A stretch of DNA of 64,000 nucleotides from Octopus sinensis. Lineage: Eukaryota. The notes under the pieces are model-generated. The model searched no databases. It had not been told where the DNA came from and saw only the letters and a program-made list of their open reading frames with translations. The stretch covers positions 131,254,001-131,318,000 of the forward strand of contig NC_043001.1 of assembly GCF_006345805.1 (NCBI RefSeq), in the 5' to 3' direction. Positions 26,661 through 40,292 of this stretch are shown here, piece after piece. The first letter of the stretch is position 1. Each line of letters starts with the position of its first letter. The translations under genes and the position numbers were made by a program.

Positions 26661-26870
26661 ATTTATGTACTATTTTGTGTATATTCCACTGATGAGGCAA
26701 AGCATTTCTTATGCAAAGCCAGAAATCCGGGATCTGGAATTATCCAATAAGTTTTTGCTAGTTTATTTTTTCTCTTTGTCCTCTCCTGGTGTGAATATTC
26801 ATTGTGGTTTTAGAGTTAAGTTTTGACTGCTATCTCTAGCATAATGGTATCTTTTAGATACCCTTAATTA
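26065..26870 (+). repeat. ~105-bp direct repeat pair (26065-26170 and 26771-26870), period ~706 bp
   Basis: Both copies share TCTCTTTGTC..CTCTCCTGGTG and TTTTAGAGTYAAGTTTTGACTGCTATCTCTAGCATMATGGTATCTTTTAGATA..CTTAATTA. Confidence 0.9.
26683..26740 (+). ncRNA. candidate minimal type I hammerhead ribozyme (Penelope/retrozyme-like)
   Basis: ATTCCA-CTGATGA-GGC[aaaGCATttcttATGCaaa]GCC-a-GAAA-TCCGGGA-TC-TGGAAT. Stem I ATTCCA/TGGAAT, intact CUGAUGA and GAAA cores, quasi-palindromic short stem III, AUC cleavage triplet (after 26734). One non-canonical extra A at 26721. Confidence 0.6.
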
Positions 26871-27377
26871 TTATTATAATATATATATATATAAATTATT
26901 TTTTCTGTTATTGGACTCCTCAAAAATTCTGAATTGTTCTACTTGAACTTATTTTTTCTCACCTATGTATATGTATGTCTGTATGTAGCTATCTATATAT
27001 ATATCTATCTCTCTCTCTATATATATATATATATACACACACACATATATATATATGAAATGTTTGTTCCACCAGCATAAATATATAAACAGCCATACGT
27101 ATGTACATAATTCATCATTCCTAGAATCGTGTTAGATCACATGCATGCATGGACAGATATTAGTTAACCTATCCAGGTTCTCTAGCATGTTAGTGAAATG
27201 GATGTATGAATATTCTCTTTCCATGTATATATTACACTATTCTTCAAACGTTCCACCTGTATTCTCAGCTATGGTTCCAGTGTTATTCAACATTGCTGTT
27301 CTAGACACATTAATCATGTTTGCTTCTTGCAGTTATGTCAGTGTTATGTAAAATGTTCCAATCTTTTTCACATACAT

Positions 27378-27548
27378 GGCGCAGGAGTGGCTGTGTGGTA
27401 AGTAGCTTGCTAACTAACCACATGGTTCCGGGTTCAGTCCCACTGCGTGGCATCTTGGGCAAGTGTCTTCTGCTATAGCCCCGGGCCGACCAATGTCTTG
27501 TGAGTGGATTTGGTAGATAGAAACTGATAGAAGCCTGTCGTATATATG

Positions 27549-27579
<31 letters not shown>

Positions 27580-27772
27580 TTGTCCCCCTAGCATTGCTTG
27601 ACAACCGATGCTGATATGTTTACGTCCCGTCACTTAGCGGTTTGGCAAAAGAGACCAATAGAATAAGTACAGGGCTTACAAAGAATAAGTCCCGGGGTCG
27701 ATTTGCTCGACTAAAGGCGGTGCTCCAGCATGGCTGCAGTCAAATGACTGAAACAAGTAAAAGAGTAAAAGA
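27378..27772 (+). mobile_element. full-length SINE family A
   Basis: Starts GGCGCAGGAGTGGCTGTGTGGTAAG and ends AAACAAGTAAAAGAGTAAAAGA. Confidence 0.93.
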
Positions 27773-27994
27773 CATGCAAATTCATATATACATGCATATG
27801 TACAAATATACACACTTTTACTCAAATACATTCACACATAAAGACACATACCTTCTGATATGAATACACATACCTTCACACAAACTCTTGCATACATACA
27901 TGCATTACTGAGCACACATATCCACAAAGAGTTTTCTAATACAGTGTGGTAAAATAAAAGTCACTGCAGTCACACAGTTTGCATATTGAGTATT

Positions 27995-28375
27995 GTCGCA
28001 ATGGCCCAGTGGTTAGGGCAGCGGACTCGCGGTCATACGATCGTGGTTTCGATTCCCAGACAGGGCGTTGTGAGTGTTTATTGAGCGAAAACACCTAAAA
28101 GCTCCACGAGGCTCTGGCAGGGGGTGGTGGCGATCCCTGCTGTACTCTTTCACCACAACTTTCTCTCACTCTTTCTTCCTGTTTCTGTTGTACCTGTATT
28201 TCAAGGGGCCGGCCTTATCACTCTCTGTGTCATGCTGAATATCCCCGAGAACTACGTTAAGGGTGCACGTGTCTGTGGAGTGCTCAGCCACTTACACGTT
28301 AATTTCACGAGCAGGCTGTTCCGTTGATTCGGATCAACTGGAACCCTCGTCGTCGTAACCGACGGAGTGCTTCCA
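27995..28375 (+). mobile_element. tRNA-derived SINE, family D (unrelated body)
   Basis: A-box TGGCCCAGTGG and B-box GTTTCGATTCC in a tRNA-like head, followed by a ~300-bp GC-richer body; no clean cloverleaf acceptor stem. Confidence 0.75.
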
Positions 28376-30299
28376 TCCCATTGTTCTCTATAGCAGTAAG
28401 GGTTGGACAACAAATATGAACCACAAGCACAATCTTAACAACTACTATCTACAGTGCTTAAGTTTCTCCTAACAGAAGGAAGTACCAAATAAGGATGAAC
28501 TGAACCAACCATGCTGAGCATGTATGTTCTACTCATACAGCAAAGCTTGTGCTGGGTCAGACATGCACAACATATGCAGGATAGCCACAGGAGTTTGGCC
28601 TAAAGCTATGACATAGGGAGATTTTTGAATCTGACTGACATACAGAAAGTGACAGGTGCCAATTGCTTGATAGGGCAAAGGGATTTATATTGAAATTTCA
28701 CCACAGCAGAGGGTAAAATGAAAAAGAAACTGTGACAGCAATCACCCTACTGCAGTTATCAGTTTTCCTGTGCAGCAGGTGTACTATGGGCTGCCATTGA
28801 GAGATTAGCTTCTTCAGCCATAAATATCACCTCTGAGTCCCTAGTCAAGTGCATCTGTTGCCTACAGGTTGGTGACTGAACCTGATTTCTTATCTACACC
28901 AATTTACATTTGTCATTAGGGAGGACCTAATAGTACTGGGATTGATTTGTTCGACTAAACCCTTCAAGGCAATGCTCCAATCGTGGCTGCAGTCCAGTGA
29001 CTAAAACAACTTAAAGACAGGTAAAATGACACATCTTTCAGTTTAAAAAAATCTATCTGCACCCTACAAAGACCTCATTTCCTGTAAGTTGCATATGTCC
29101 TGAGGACTACAGTTTGGCTCCCTCAACTTTTTAGTCTCTGCAAATTTATTACTCTACCTTTTCTAATGATAAAAGATCTCCAATATATAATACTGTATTT
29201 TTTAACTCTTTTTTTTTGTTTTTATCAGTAGACATAGGCTATAAAAATTACTTGCAAGAAAATAGATATACTGAGGCACAGAGTTAGTAATTTATCCAGA
29301 AACATAATGAAATACCTGCAGCAGATGTGTCATGCAAGCTGATGTTCAATTATCTTATGTGGCCAGGTTCACAACAGTTTAATCCAACTAAACAATTAAA
29401 CATTACTATATTTCATACATAGAAACAAAATAACACATACATACAAGCAAACATACAGTGCATTGGTCTAAATGAATAATGTTATACAGAACTAATATAA
29501 TTATAACTGTAAAATATTGATGGAACTAAACTGTCCAACATTATCTATTATGGATTTTCTTCATTTTAGAAGCATTTAACATTGATAAAGGACATTGATA
29601 ACAGAAAAAGCCCTCAAATGTATAATTTTGAAAAATCTATATTTTCTCCATTTTTATTGAATTAATTTTAATTTCCAATAAAGTTAGTTTATATAAATAT
29701 ATTTATACATAAATGCATTCAGACAATTGTATTGCGAAGTCATAAAATAATAGATTATTTAAACAAAAGTAGAAATAAATTATACAAGATGGCTTTTTAT
29801 TTATTTACTGTTTTCGTCTGTCTTTTTTTCTTTCAAATTTTATAGCTAATGTCATTCATAAAAATAATACCACACTCTTTAGTTAATTTAAATATAGGTT
29901 TACTAAGTAAATGTATTTCTTTCATTTTAAGATCACTTTGTCACACATAATTATTCTTAATCATTATAATTTGAAAACATTCGTATTGATTTCCTTCTGG
30001 AAATATTTCAGAATATTTTTTACATCACCATCATTATAACATTATAGTAGGCAAGTTAAAAAGCTAAAAAGAAATGTCCATTTGTTAGGGATGGAAGATC
30101 CTTAATCTGTCTATTATGTATGACTTCTGAAAAAATAAGAGCTATTAACTTGGTCAAAATGTGTATTTATTCAGTTCTTAGTGATATCAGAATTAATCAT
30201 ATTTCATGAATAGCAAATAAAATTTTCTGTGTTGATATCAAGCTATCCAATAGAAAATGCGTTTTTTCCAATTACCATCAATTACATTCAATTTTCAGT

Positions 30300-32030
30300 A
30301 ACTTGAAGGTTGATGATTGGCTTCTGACACCTGCAGATTCCCACCCACTCCCCAAAAGTGGGCAGGTTTCAGACAGCAGCACAACTCTTTTAAGACCAGT
30401 ATTCAGTGTGCAAAGGATGCATCACACAGCTAGGTGCATCATACAGCTACCAAGTCTTCCCGCCTTCCAAATTGCAGTTGATTCTTCTGGTCACTAGCCA
30501 AAGTATCTCAGACAAATTTGTGGATTTCTCCGCTTCTAAACAACAATGGTTCCAAAAGCAGTATTCCATGAAGACAGCCTCCTACTTTGCTGCCCAATCT
30601 GCATCCAATTCTAGACTACAAACCCTTGACCAATCCCTTCCAAACCTATCCTTCCACTCCAGTAGGCTCCCTTCCTTGCATACACATATGCCAAGTGTAG
30701 AAATAGCTCAAGCTTCTTCAAACAAACAAGGCCATCATCCCTAACAATGTCCTTCCATAACATTTAAATAATAGATTCAAGAATTGGCTTCTATACTCAC
30801 CATATTCTTTAATTTCTCACGTTCAATGAGGATATGCCCAAGAATGGTAACATCTCTGACCAAGGCAACTTTTGTTCTATTGCTCTCACTTCTAACATCT
30901 CCAGAATAATAAGAAACAGTCATTACCAAAGACATTTGCTAACACCTCAAAGCCCTCTCTCCCCTCAGTGATCACCAGCATGGCTTCTGCAGAGTGAAAC
31001 TCCTAGACCTACTCTCTTATGTCATGCAGCATTGGGCAGCTCTTGCTTTAGAGAGGCTCAGCGAAAACAATGTTGTTACTCTAAACATCAGCAAAGCGTC
31101 TGATCATGTCTAGCATGCAAATGTCTTATCAAAACTTCTCATCTATGGTATACATCCCTCTCTCAATTCTTGTATTATCAGATGCCACAATTATACCATT
31201 GCGGCATGTGTTGATGGGGCTCTCTTTTGTCATGCTCTCAATTAACTCGTGTTCCTCAGAGTTTGGTTTTGTCTTGCACTCTTTTCCTTCTCAACATAAA
31301 TGACCTTCTTGCTACCATATCCAACAACACCTACCCTTATTCCTCTAATTTCATTTTTCATAGATCAACCACACACAAAATGCAAACTTTCTTTGTTTCT
31401 ATAGACAAAACGCTTAAAAGCATCTTCCGGTGGTGCTATGCCAAGCTTTTATCTTTTAACAGCAAAAATCCTAGGCACCACTCATACTAGTTGCCATACC
31501 ACCTCTAATCTGAACCCTTAAAATCACTTTAAATGCTGGGTCACATATCACTGAAGATCTCTATAGGTGAAAAGAATATCCTTAGCAAAGCTAGGAGTGC
31601 ATCCCAAAGTTAGTCCTTCTCTTTAGGACCAGAAGGTATTTCACCCCCTCTCCGGAGAAGAAAATAAAAATCCAATTAAACCCCTCATCTGGAAATGTGC
31701 TACTACTACATAGACATTCAGGATTACATCCAGAGAAAGCCACTAGACTAACTGGCATTCAATTACTGATGGATACATACCAACCTTTGACAAAGAGGGT
31801 GCTGTCTCCACTTCATTTTTCTATTGTTTGATAATGACCTCAGTTCTTCAAAGCCAATTTATCTCATACCTCCACTACTCAAGCATCCCCAACCCACACA
31901 TCTTTCCACTTCTTGTCACCCTTCTTATGTTCAACCTACCCAGCTCCTAACTCCATACTAACCACTATTCCCACTCCTTTCTTCCCAGAACATCAAATCT
32001 CTGGAATCTTCTCCCTACTGATATCACTTC
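30300..32030 (+). mobile_element. decayed CR1/Jockey-group LINE reverse transcriptase region
   Basis: Frameshifted motifs PKNGNISDQGNFCSIALTS (RT domain 0/1), LSDHQHGF, TLNISKASDHV (ALDISKAFD.V), QSLVLSCTLFLLNINDLL (PQGSVLSP.LFL..INDL) and FLPRTSNLWNLLP (3' end). Confidence 0.8.
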
Positions 32031-33199
32031 TGTAAATAATAAACTGCAACAATTTAAATGAAACATTAATAGAATCAACCTCACTAGACTCAGAGTGTCT
32101 GCAGGGGTCATGGGCACTGTCTCTTCCTCCAAACTGAGCAAGGTAAAAGTAGATTCCTTTCTTATCAGTTTGAAAAAGTGTAGAGTAAGTAAACATTGAA
32201 CCAAATTTTTAGTTACAATTTCATTTGTATCTTTGAATTGTGGGAGATTCTACCTTCACTATTTCTTTCATCAATGCAACTAGTTATGGCAAAGTAAGAC
32301 AGAATCAGAAAGGGTTGGTGAACTGATTAATAGCACTGATATGTTCCAACATTTTTCTTTCTCATTATAACAATAAAAGTAGTAAACTAAAATATTTTAC
32401 TGTTAACTCCAAAAGAAGGTTAGTTTTAAAGAATCATGAAAAAAAAATTAATTCATTTAAATGTTTACAACCATTGTAATTTATCTTATTTCAGCTTGTT
32501 TATCAATTTTCAAAACATTTTGAACTGTACGGGATTTCTTTATAAAAGCAGTTTTAGAATACTGATTCTTGCGTTTACCCAAAGTAAAAATTATACCAAA
32601 TTAGAAATAAGAAAATATGTCAGAATTTATTGTTAAAGGATTTATCTTATTTAATAGTAAAATCTTTTATTGAAGAGAAATAGGGATCCTATTTTAAGAA
32701 GGTAATGTCCTCACAGAAAACTCTAAGACAACTTGAAAAAAAGAAAGATTGTAAATGAAAATTATTTTTACAAGTTTCAGTTATGAATAAAATTGCAGAG
32801 GTGATTTATTAATCTTAAACTTGAAAGGGAAGAATAATAAATTAATATTTAAGAACATTAATTTCAAAGCCATTAAGATTTGGTTTTAAATGAGACTATT
32901 CTAAATACATTTTAAATATCAATTTAAGGTTATCTGTTTTGTATGGTAATTGAAGAAAACTTGGATTATTAGATGTAAAAAGAATGATACAGTTAAACAA
33001 TGTCCGTAAAAAGACAAGATGGTCATGGCTGACACCCTTGATCACAAATTGCTTGATCAGGATGACCTGGGGCTAAACAACAACAGTAATTTATTTCCAG
33101 CCTAGTTGGTTGAGACAAAAACCTATTAACGATATCAATTCTCTGAAAGCATTTCCTAATATATGCTAATAAGCTAAAATAACAAATATTTCCTAATAT

Positions 33200-34090
33200 C
33201 ATTATCATTTAAGCTCTGCATTCCATGTTGGTATGGGTTGGATGGTCTAACAGGATTCAATGTGTTCAAGGACTGCATCAAACTGCAATGTCTGTTTTGG
33301 CACGGTTGCTATGGCTGGATGCTCTTCCTAATGGTAGCCACTTTACAGCATGAACACAGTGCTTTTTTTCACGCTGCTTGCACTATTGAGGTCACCATGC
33401 AGCTTTCAGAACTACAAGTCTGGTGGTAGAGGGTAGCTTCATGCTAATGGACAAGAGGAGTGAACTATGATAAATGGAGGCAGTGCAGGTTCTTGTTGAG
33501 AGTCTTCATGGCTACTGACATCTAGTAGGAGAAGGGAAAAACCAGAATATGAACAGAAGGAGCTGCAAAACTACCAGAATATGAACTGTAAGAGCAGCCA
33601 AACTGCTACAATGGGTAGGATTGAAGGGTGGATATGCAAGGAGCCATGAGGAGGAAGAGAGTAGGGGCAGCAAGCAGCAAGAGCAGTAAAAATGATACAG
33701 TTGTCAGAGGGAAAGGACAAGAAAGTGGAATGATATGGTTGGTGGTTTGCAGGAGTTGGGACAGGGAGAAGCAGGTCTTATGCACATGAGTGGGGTTGAG
33801 TCACTGTAACAGGAGTGGAGAGCACAATACATAGCACTTCCAGAACTCAGTTTTGCTGTTGGAGATGGATCATTACCAGAACTTAATATTGTCAGAGATC
33901 CTAGTCCATTGTCATCATCTTAATCAGGCTCAGGCTCCAGAGGTTAGCCTTAACTACTTCATCCAATGGCTTCCTGAATCTCCCTTTTCTGTAAGTTCAG
34001 GCTACATTTAGTGATCAGCACTTCTTTATACAGTTATCTTCATCCATACAAATCGTGTCCAAACCAGCACAGTCTTCTTCTTAGAACACA
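33200..34090 (-). mobile_element. decayed RTE LINE 3' end
   Basis: Minus strand gives RRLCWFGH, then DEDNCIKKC and RKPLDEVVKANL; tail CCAACCCATACCAACATGGAA near 33220-33240. Confidence 0.65.
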
Positions 34091-37000
34091 GTTATTTTAC
34101 AACCAGGTAAAAAACAATTTTGATGCTTTTTGAATCACTAAATTCTGGTAGAAAAGCATATCTGGTAATTCAGAAATACCCAAGTTCCAAGGTTGTTCGA
34201 TTAGTAGAACTGTACCAGACAATGAACATTAAGAGTATATGTATGTAGATTCCTAGGCTATGCAGTTCATGAAACAGATTATGGCAAAATTAATTGATGT
34301 AGAATGTTAACTACTGAAAAATCTTCAATTTTCTGCACATGGACTAATTAAAATGAACAGTTTTATTAATGATTCCTAATTGTATAGATTGGAAAAATGG
34401 AAAATTCAAATATGAGCTCTGAAGAAAACAAATCAACAGAATACATCAGTAATTAGAATATCCTACAGAGCTCCAGAGATCCAGTGCCAAGTTCTTCCAG
34501 AACAAAATTTTCATTAGTACATTAACAAGCAGTAGCAAACAAAGAAAATTTTCTAAGCAGAATGAATGATACTAATTTTAGAATCTTTTGAGGAGCAGGT
34601 TTTTAAGAAAATATTTTATTGAAAGCAACTGCAGAAACTCATTACATGTACTAAAAAAAATAATGCCTGTTTTAATTATATCAGCCCTTATAAAAATTAG
34701 AGTTTTGAGCTTCATAGGTAGTCTCAAGACTTAAAATTAGTTAAACTATAAGATTATATGTTTTTACATAAAATCAATAGAAAATGAAAGGATCATGCAA
34801 GATCGTTTACACTTAATGAAAACCAAAAATTACAATGAATAAATTCTAAAAAAGAAAGGAAATAAAGATATATAACTATCATTCTAATAACAAATACTAT
34901 GGACTAGTTAAATGAAAATCCTTTCTCTAGGAGAGGTTATCTAGTAACAATATGTAAATAAATATTTAGTACTTTCAAAATAGCATTTTAAGAATAACTT
35001 TAACTATAAATATTTTTAATTTAAGGAAAAAATATCAGATGCAATTTATAATTAAAATACCTCACTGCGTCTTATATAAATGAAACAAAATATCAAAAAA
35101 GTATATTCCCTAAGAGAAATTACTAAAATTATTTTTTCCAGTAACTTGTCAAAATTAATACTAACTCTATGCTACACTATAAACTGCTTGCAAACAACCA
35201 GAAAATAAAGAATTTAATTATCGTCTTCTAATTAAATAAATTATTTCTGATAGCAGTCATCTTATTTCTCAAAGTTTAATACAAAATGATAATACAAGAT
35301 AGAGAATTCTATTTTCAGAAGGTGTTGTTATTAATGTGTTTATTTGTGTATGCCCATGCAATAATTTCTTTTATGAGTCAGTGATATACATAATCTTGCA
35401 TGTGTGAATATATGCCTTATAGTAATTATAAGAACTTAAACATATTTAATATAAGACCTTTTATTAAGGATATAAAATACATATAAAAGAAACAGTGCTC
35501 ACATATGGAATTTTCCATATTGAAACAATAATTTTAGTAAAATTATTTTACTTTTTTTCAAAATAATTTTATATTAATTACTGTCTTAAGATTTAGTTTG
35601 TGTATAAGCGTTAGTTTTTAAATCTCTATATTTTTATGGCTTTTGAAAACAATAATATCTACTGAGGTAATTTGAATTTCTATTTCAAAGCCAGCCATTT
35701 TGCAAGGTATCACTGTAATGCAAGATTTAAGTATAAAAGATACAAAAATGAGTAACTGGCCAAATAGGAAAAACAAAAGATTTTTCCGTTGTTTTGTGTA
35801 CCTTATTTTTTGCTTGTCTCTTCATATAGTATTTTCAAATTCAAAAACTCAGACTAAAAAACAAGTAAAAACCTTGAAAAAATTTCTATTTTACAGAAAT
35901 GGGAGAAATCTGATGACTCAGTATCTCAAACAAGCTCTGTTAGACTTCAGTCTTTGAAGCTAGATATGCTATAGTTCATTTAATACATGCGATTAATACT
36001 ATCACAAGTGTTTTGTTAAGGAGAGTTCAATATAGGGAGTAGAAGAAAACGTCGACTGCATGTGCCTGCAAAAATGTGTGCATGTTCACAGCAAACCATG
36101 CATACGTCATAAAAGAAATCAATAAGACATTGCGAACTAAACAGATTCTCAGAAATTTGCATGCAAGTAGCCATCAACAATCAGTAGGGGCTGGTTAAAA
36201 GACTTCATCTTTTCATAATTAAAAGATCCTTAGCAAATTTCTCATAAATATAGAGCAAAGTTCAGCGAAGATCATCAGTTTATGCAAATAACCTTTGAGG
36301 TTTTGATAGAATGTTCCACTACATTTAACAGAAGATGCATTTAAAATCCATTGCAACACTGAGCCAAAAAATTAAAATGGGAGGTAAAAAAAGAAATATA
36401 AGCAAACCCCAAAATATATTAAGCTTCAAGTATCGATGAAAGTAAAAACTAGTAGAGGTGGAGAAAGTGAGAGAGAAAGAAAGTGAGAGAATTTTTTTAA
36501 AATTTCGATTTTTAAATTTAAAATGATTTTTTTTTTAAATTTTAAAAAAGTATTTTTCTTTAAATCAATGCATTCCCTATTTTTGGAGACAAGCATACTT
36601 TCAGCCATAATGATTTGAAACAGCCAGCCTGCATTTAATGTAAATGAAGATTATTTTCCCTTTTTCTTTTCAATGCTGACCTTAAATATGCTTCAAAAGG
36701 GAAAATAAATAGATGAATTAGAATGATAAATTCAAGATTTTCAAAGAGAGAGGATTTATTAACTTTAAAGGATTGACCATTTTACTTTGTTTCTACTGTT
36801 AGACGTAAGATACTAATTTTTTTAAGTGAATCATTTTATTTGTACACTTTAAATTTATAGAACATTTTAACATTTTGTATTTAATTATCAATTAGAGATG
36901 CCTCATATTTTAGAGCTGGGAAAATACGGTGATTTGAAGTTCATGTTTTTTTCAAAACAATATAAGTAAAATGGTTCTAGCTACAAATTAACTCACCTTA

Positions 37001-37264
37001 TTGACTTAACAAAATTACCTAGTTCAAAAATATAATCCAGTCTTAATTTTCAAGGATTAATAAAAAATTATTATTATTAATTACACAAGATCTTGAAGTC
37101 ATGATACATATAAAATGATTTAAAAAGGGGTTGAAAATGAGAAAGAACAACTCTTTTTAATGAACAAAAGGTGGTGAGATAATAGTACATAAAGGAACAT
37201 CTGAGATAAAGTCCTGGTTTATATAAATTTACATTAATACTGCAACAAGGAAGAAAATATACTA

Positions 37265-37405
37265 TAAGGTTGTCCCAAAAGTTCGTAGAAAGTCTTGGAA
37301 AATAATGGTCTTTATTTTGAGGAATAATTTTTGTTGCTTTTGTTAGTACTTGGCGAGTAAAAATTCAATTTTCGCAAGTGTTTACGAACTTTTGGGACAA
37401 CCTAA
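37265..37405. mobile_element. 141-bp Tc1/mariner-type MITE, copy 1
   Basis: TIRs AGGTTGTCCCAAAAGTTCGTA / TACGAACTTTTGGGACAACCT; TA on both flanks (37263-37264, 37406-37407). Confidence 0.92.
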
Positions 37406-39034
37406 TAATTTCCATTTACTACATAATTATTGAGTCAGTTTTTAAGTTAATTAGAAACTAAAAGTATGAAAGAATTTATAGTATATAATAAATATAGCAA
37501 AATATTCCAAGTCACATTTAAGTAAAAATCCATTAACCCCTCCTGATTATAACATTTAGAATCAAAGCTACTTCAACATTAAGATTATACCAAGTCTCAT
37601 TACCATTGACATAATATTAATCTTGTCTTTTTTTTATGTTGACATGTGTTGATCAGTTTATTACATTACTATTCTTTCTAATCCCATGTCATTTTTATCT
37701 CTGAGGTAAAACATCCTTAGAGGTAATCTCCTCAGTTTTTCTATGCCGTTGATGTTCCTTTGCTATCTTGGATACCTTCCACAATCAAAAGATAATCCTA
37801 TTATCTATACCAGTGCACTTAGTCTCATATGTATATGTTAGTTAATGGCTTTAATAGTCAACTGCTTCCTCATCTCATTTGCACTATACTGCCTTTTCTA
37901 TCATACAAACACATATCATGAGAACATTTTGAAAGGAATCTGAAGAAATTTTACCAAAATTAATTAATTTTTTATTTTATAATCTTTCCACAATAACTGG
38001 GTACTGCTTGTCAAGTTTGTAGTCATATTTTTTAAGTTGTACAATAATCAAGGTAAGACTAACCTACTAGATATAAAGCTTTTAAATCAAGACATAACGC
38101 TACCAGTTGTATTCTTGAAAAGAAACGTGTAATTCAATGACAAGAAAACTAAAATGTTTGTCTTTTTTTTTTTCTTTTTCCTCTAATTGCTAACTGCTAT
38201 AAATTTAAAGTTAGATGTTTACAAGATATTTTGTGCAAAAACATGAAAACTAATCTACATAAATAATTTAAAATATTTTACTTAAAATCATTTCTATAAT
38301 CTACTTACTAGTTTCTAATTAAAATGAGGAAAAAATAATCAAGATACCCATTTAACAAATAAGTAATATCGAAATTCTTCATGGTAACTTTAATAATCTT
38401 GTATCAAAATATTAAATTAAAGAAATTATACTACTGAAAGTTTCACTGTGAGATTATATACATACATACATATCTACATACATACATACATATATATACA
38501 TATATATATATATATCTTGTTTTTTTTTTCATGCAAGATAAAAACTATTTTGTAATCATTAATGCTGAAGTTAATTAAATGAATTTGAAACAAGCATATT
38601 TCTTAAATTAAATTATTTTTCATTGAAATTCAGTTTTACACAGAATTTTCACTGTTGTAATAGCAGTATCTTGATTCATTAAATATCAGTTGTTATAGCT
38701 TTGCAAAACTGAAATTAAATAAAAGAGGTAACATTATAAGTCTGTAAAACAGTGGTTAAATCTTTTAGACCTTATATTTTAAAACAAAAGAGAGAAAAAA
38801 TATCTATCATATTTGAAGTTTTACAGTAAATAGTAACATACTGATGTCATAAAAATTCTGACAGTTTTATTAATGATAAAAAATGGTGCATCAAAACAAT
38901 GAGAAAAACCATCAATAAATATCAGGAAATGAGTAAATATATGTACATACACAGAATTGAAGTGCGTGAAAAACAAATATGGTTGTAGCATCTTGGTTGA
39001 AAATATCATCTACATTATATACATATATATGAAA

Positions 39035-39240
39035 CACTTTTCCATGCTGACATGGACCAGACAGATTTCGTATGGCAGATGACCTTCCGGCTAACAATTC
39101 TCACCTATTTACAAGTAAGCTAATATTTCATCATGCCCAGACATGTGTTCATGGAAAATTGGAAACAAATGATACCGCTTGCATGACAGGGGCTCTTGCC
39201 TACAACTATCACATGATGTCAAGATAAGAAGACAGTAAAA
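39035..39240 (-). mobile_element. short interspersed repeat with an RTE-like tail (decayed)
   Basis: TTTCCATGCTGACATGG resembles the reverse complement of the RTE tail CCATGCTAGCATGGAAA; GC-richer island. Confidence 0.4.
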
Positions 39241-39266
39241 CATACACACACACATGTATATACATT

Positions 39267-40292
39267 GGGGGATGCTGCTCTAGCTTTGTAAGCAGTGCTA
39301 AAGTGGGCAGCTGAATTTAGGAGGGGGAGGGAGTGTATTAGAAATAACCCGAGGTCTGGACGTCTTACAACTGCCAACACCAAGGTAAACATTGATCATG
39401 TGCACCACATGGTGGTGGATGATATGCAATTAATTATAAATCAAAAAGCCAATGCTATTAGCATATCCTGTGAGAGAGTTGAAAATATTCTGCACAATGA
39501 ACTTATAGCAAAGGTTTCTCTGCTCAGTGGATGCCACATCTTCTGACACCTGATCAAAAGCACACCAGGCTGATCATATCACAGGAAAATTTAACAATTT
39601 GAAGCTGATTCAGCCAGTTTCCTTACCCAGAATGCATAGAATGTCTTTTTGTTTCTGGCTCAAAGCATTGAAGCCAGAAACAAAAAGACATTCTATGCAG
39701 TGGAAACACCCATCCAGATTTACTCCAAAGAAGGCCAAGGTCATTCATATACAGGAAAGGTAATGACCTCAGTTTTTGGGAGGATGCAAAAGGCATTGTA
39801 TTTCTTGATTACCTTCAACAGGGACACACCATCAATGCAGAGTACAATGCCAACTTACTAATGCAGTTATGAAAGACTAAGAAGGCCAAATGCCCAGGAA
39901 AACTGATAAAAGGGGCCTTGTTTCAACAGGACAATGCTCCAGCACACAGGTCCTTGGTTTCAATGGCTGCTGCACATGACTGTGGCTATTAACTGACCAA
40001 TTAGCTTCCCTATTCTCCTGATTTGACCCTATCTGACTATCATCTGTTCCCCAACATAAAAGAACACTTGGTTAGGGACCAGTTTCACAGTGAAGATGCC
40101 ATAACTGCTGTTGATCACTTTCTTTAACAACAGGATGAAAGCTCTTTCACCAATGGGATCCAAGCACTGCAACACTGATGGAAGAAATGTGTGGACTGCA
40201 ATGTGAGCTTATGTTGAAAAATAAACCTGATTTGGTCGTATTTGATGAGAGTATTTTTGTCAGCCTATGAACTTTTCAGCCAGCTTTCATGT
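39267..40292 (+). mobile_element. mariner (DD34D-type) transposase pseudogene, 5'-truncated
   Basis: KWAAEFRRGRE...PRSGRLTT...SISCERVENILHNEL, QQDNAPAH and YSPDLTLSDYHLFPNIKEHL motifs; stops and frameshifts; decayed right end GAACTTTTCAGCCAGC. Confidence 0.9.

Noticed and set aside
23605-26700. Many overlapping ORFs up to 343 aa rich in C/V/Y/M or H/T/I
   Set aside because: Translations of TG/TA/CA microsatellites, open on both strands because the repeats lack stop codons.
27995-28070. tRNA-like sequence
   Set aside because: A and B boxes are present but there is no proper acceptor stem and it continues into a repeat body; treated as a SINE head.
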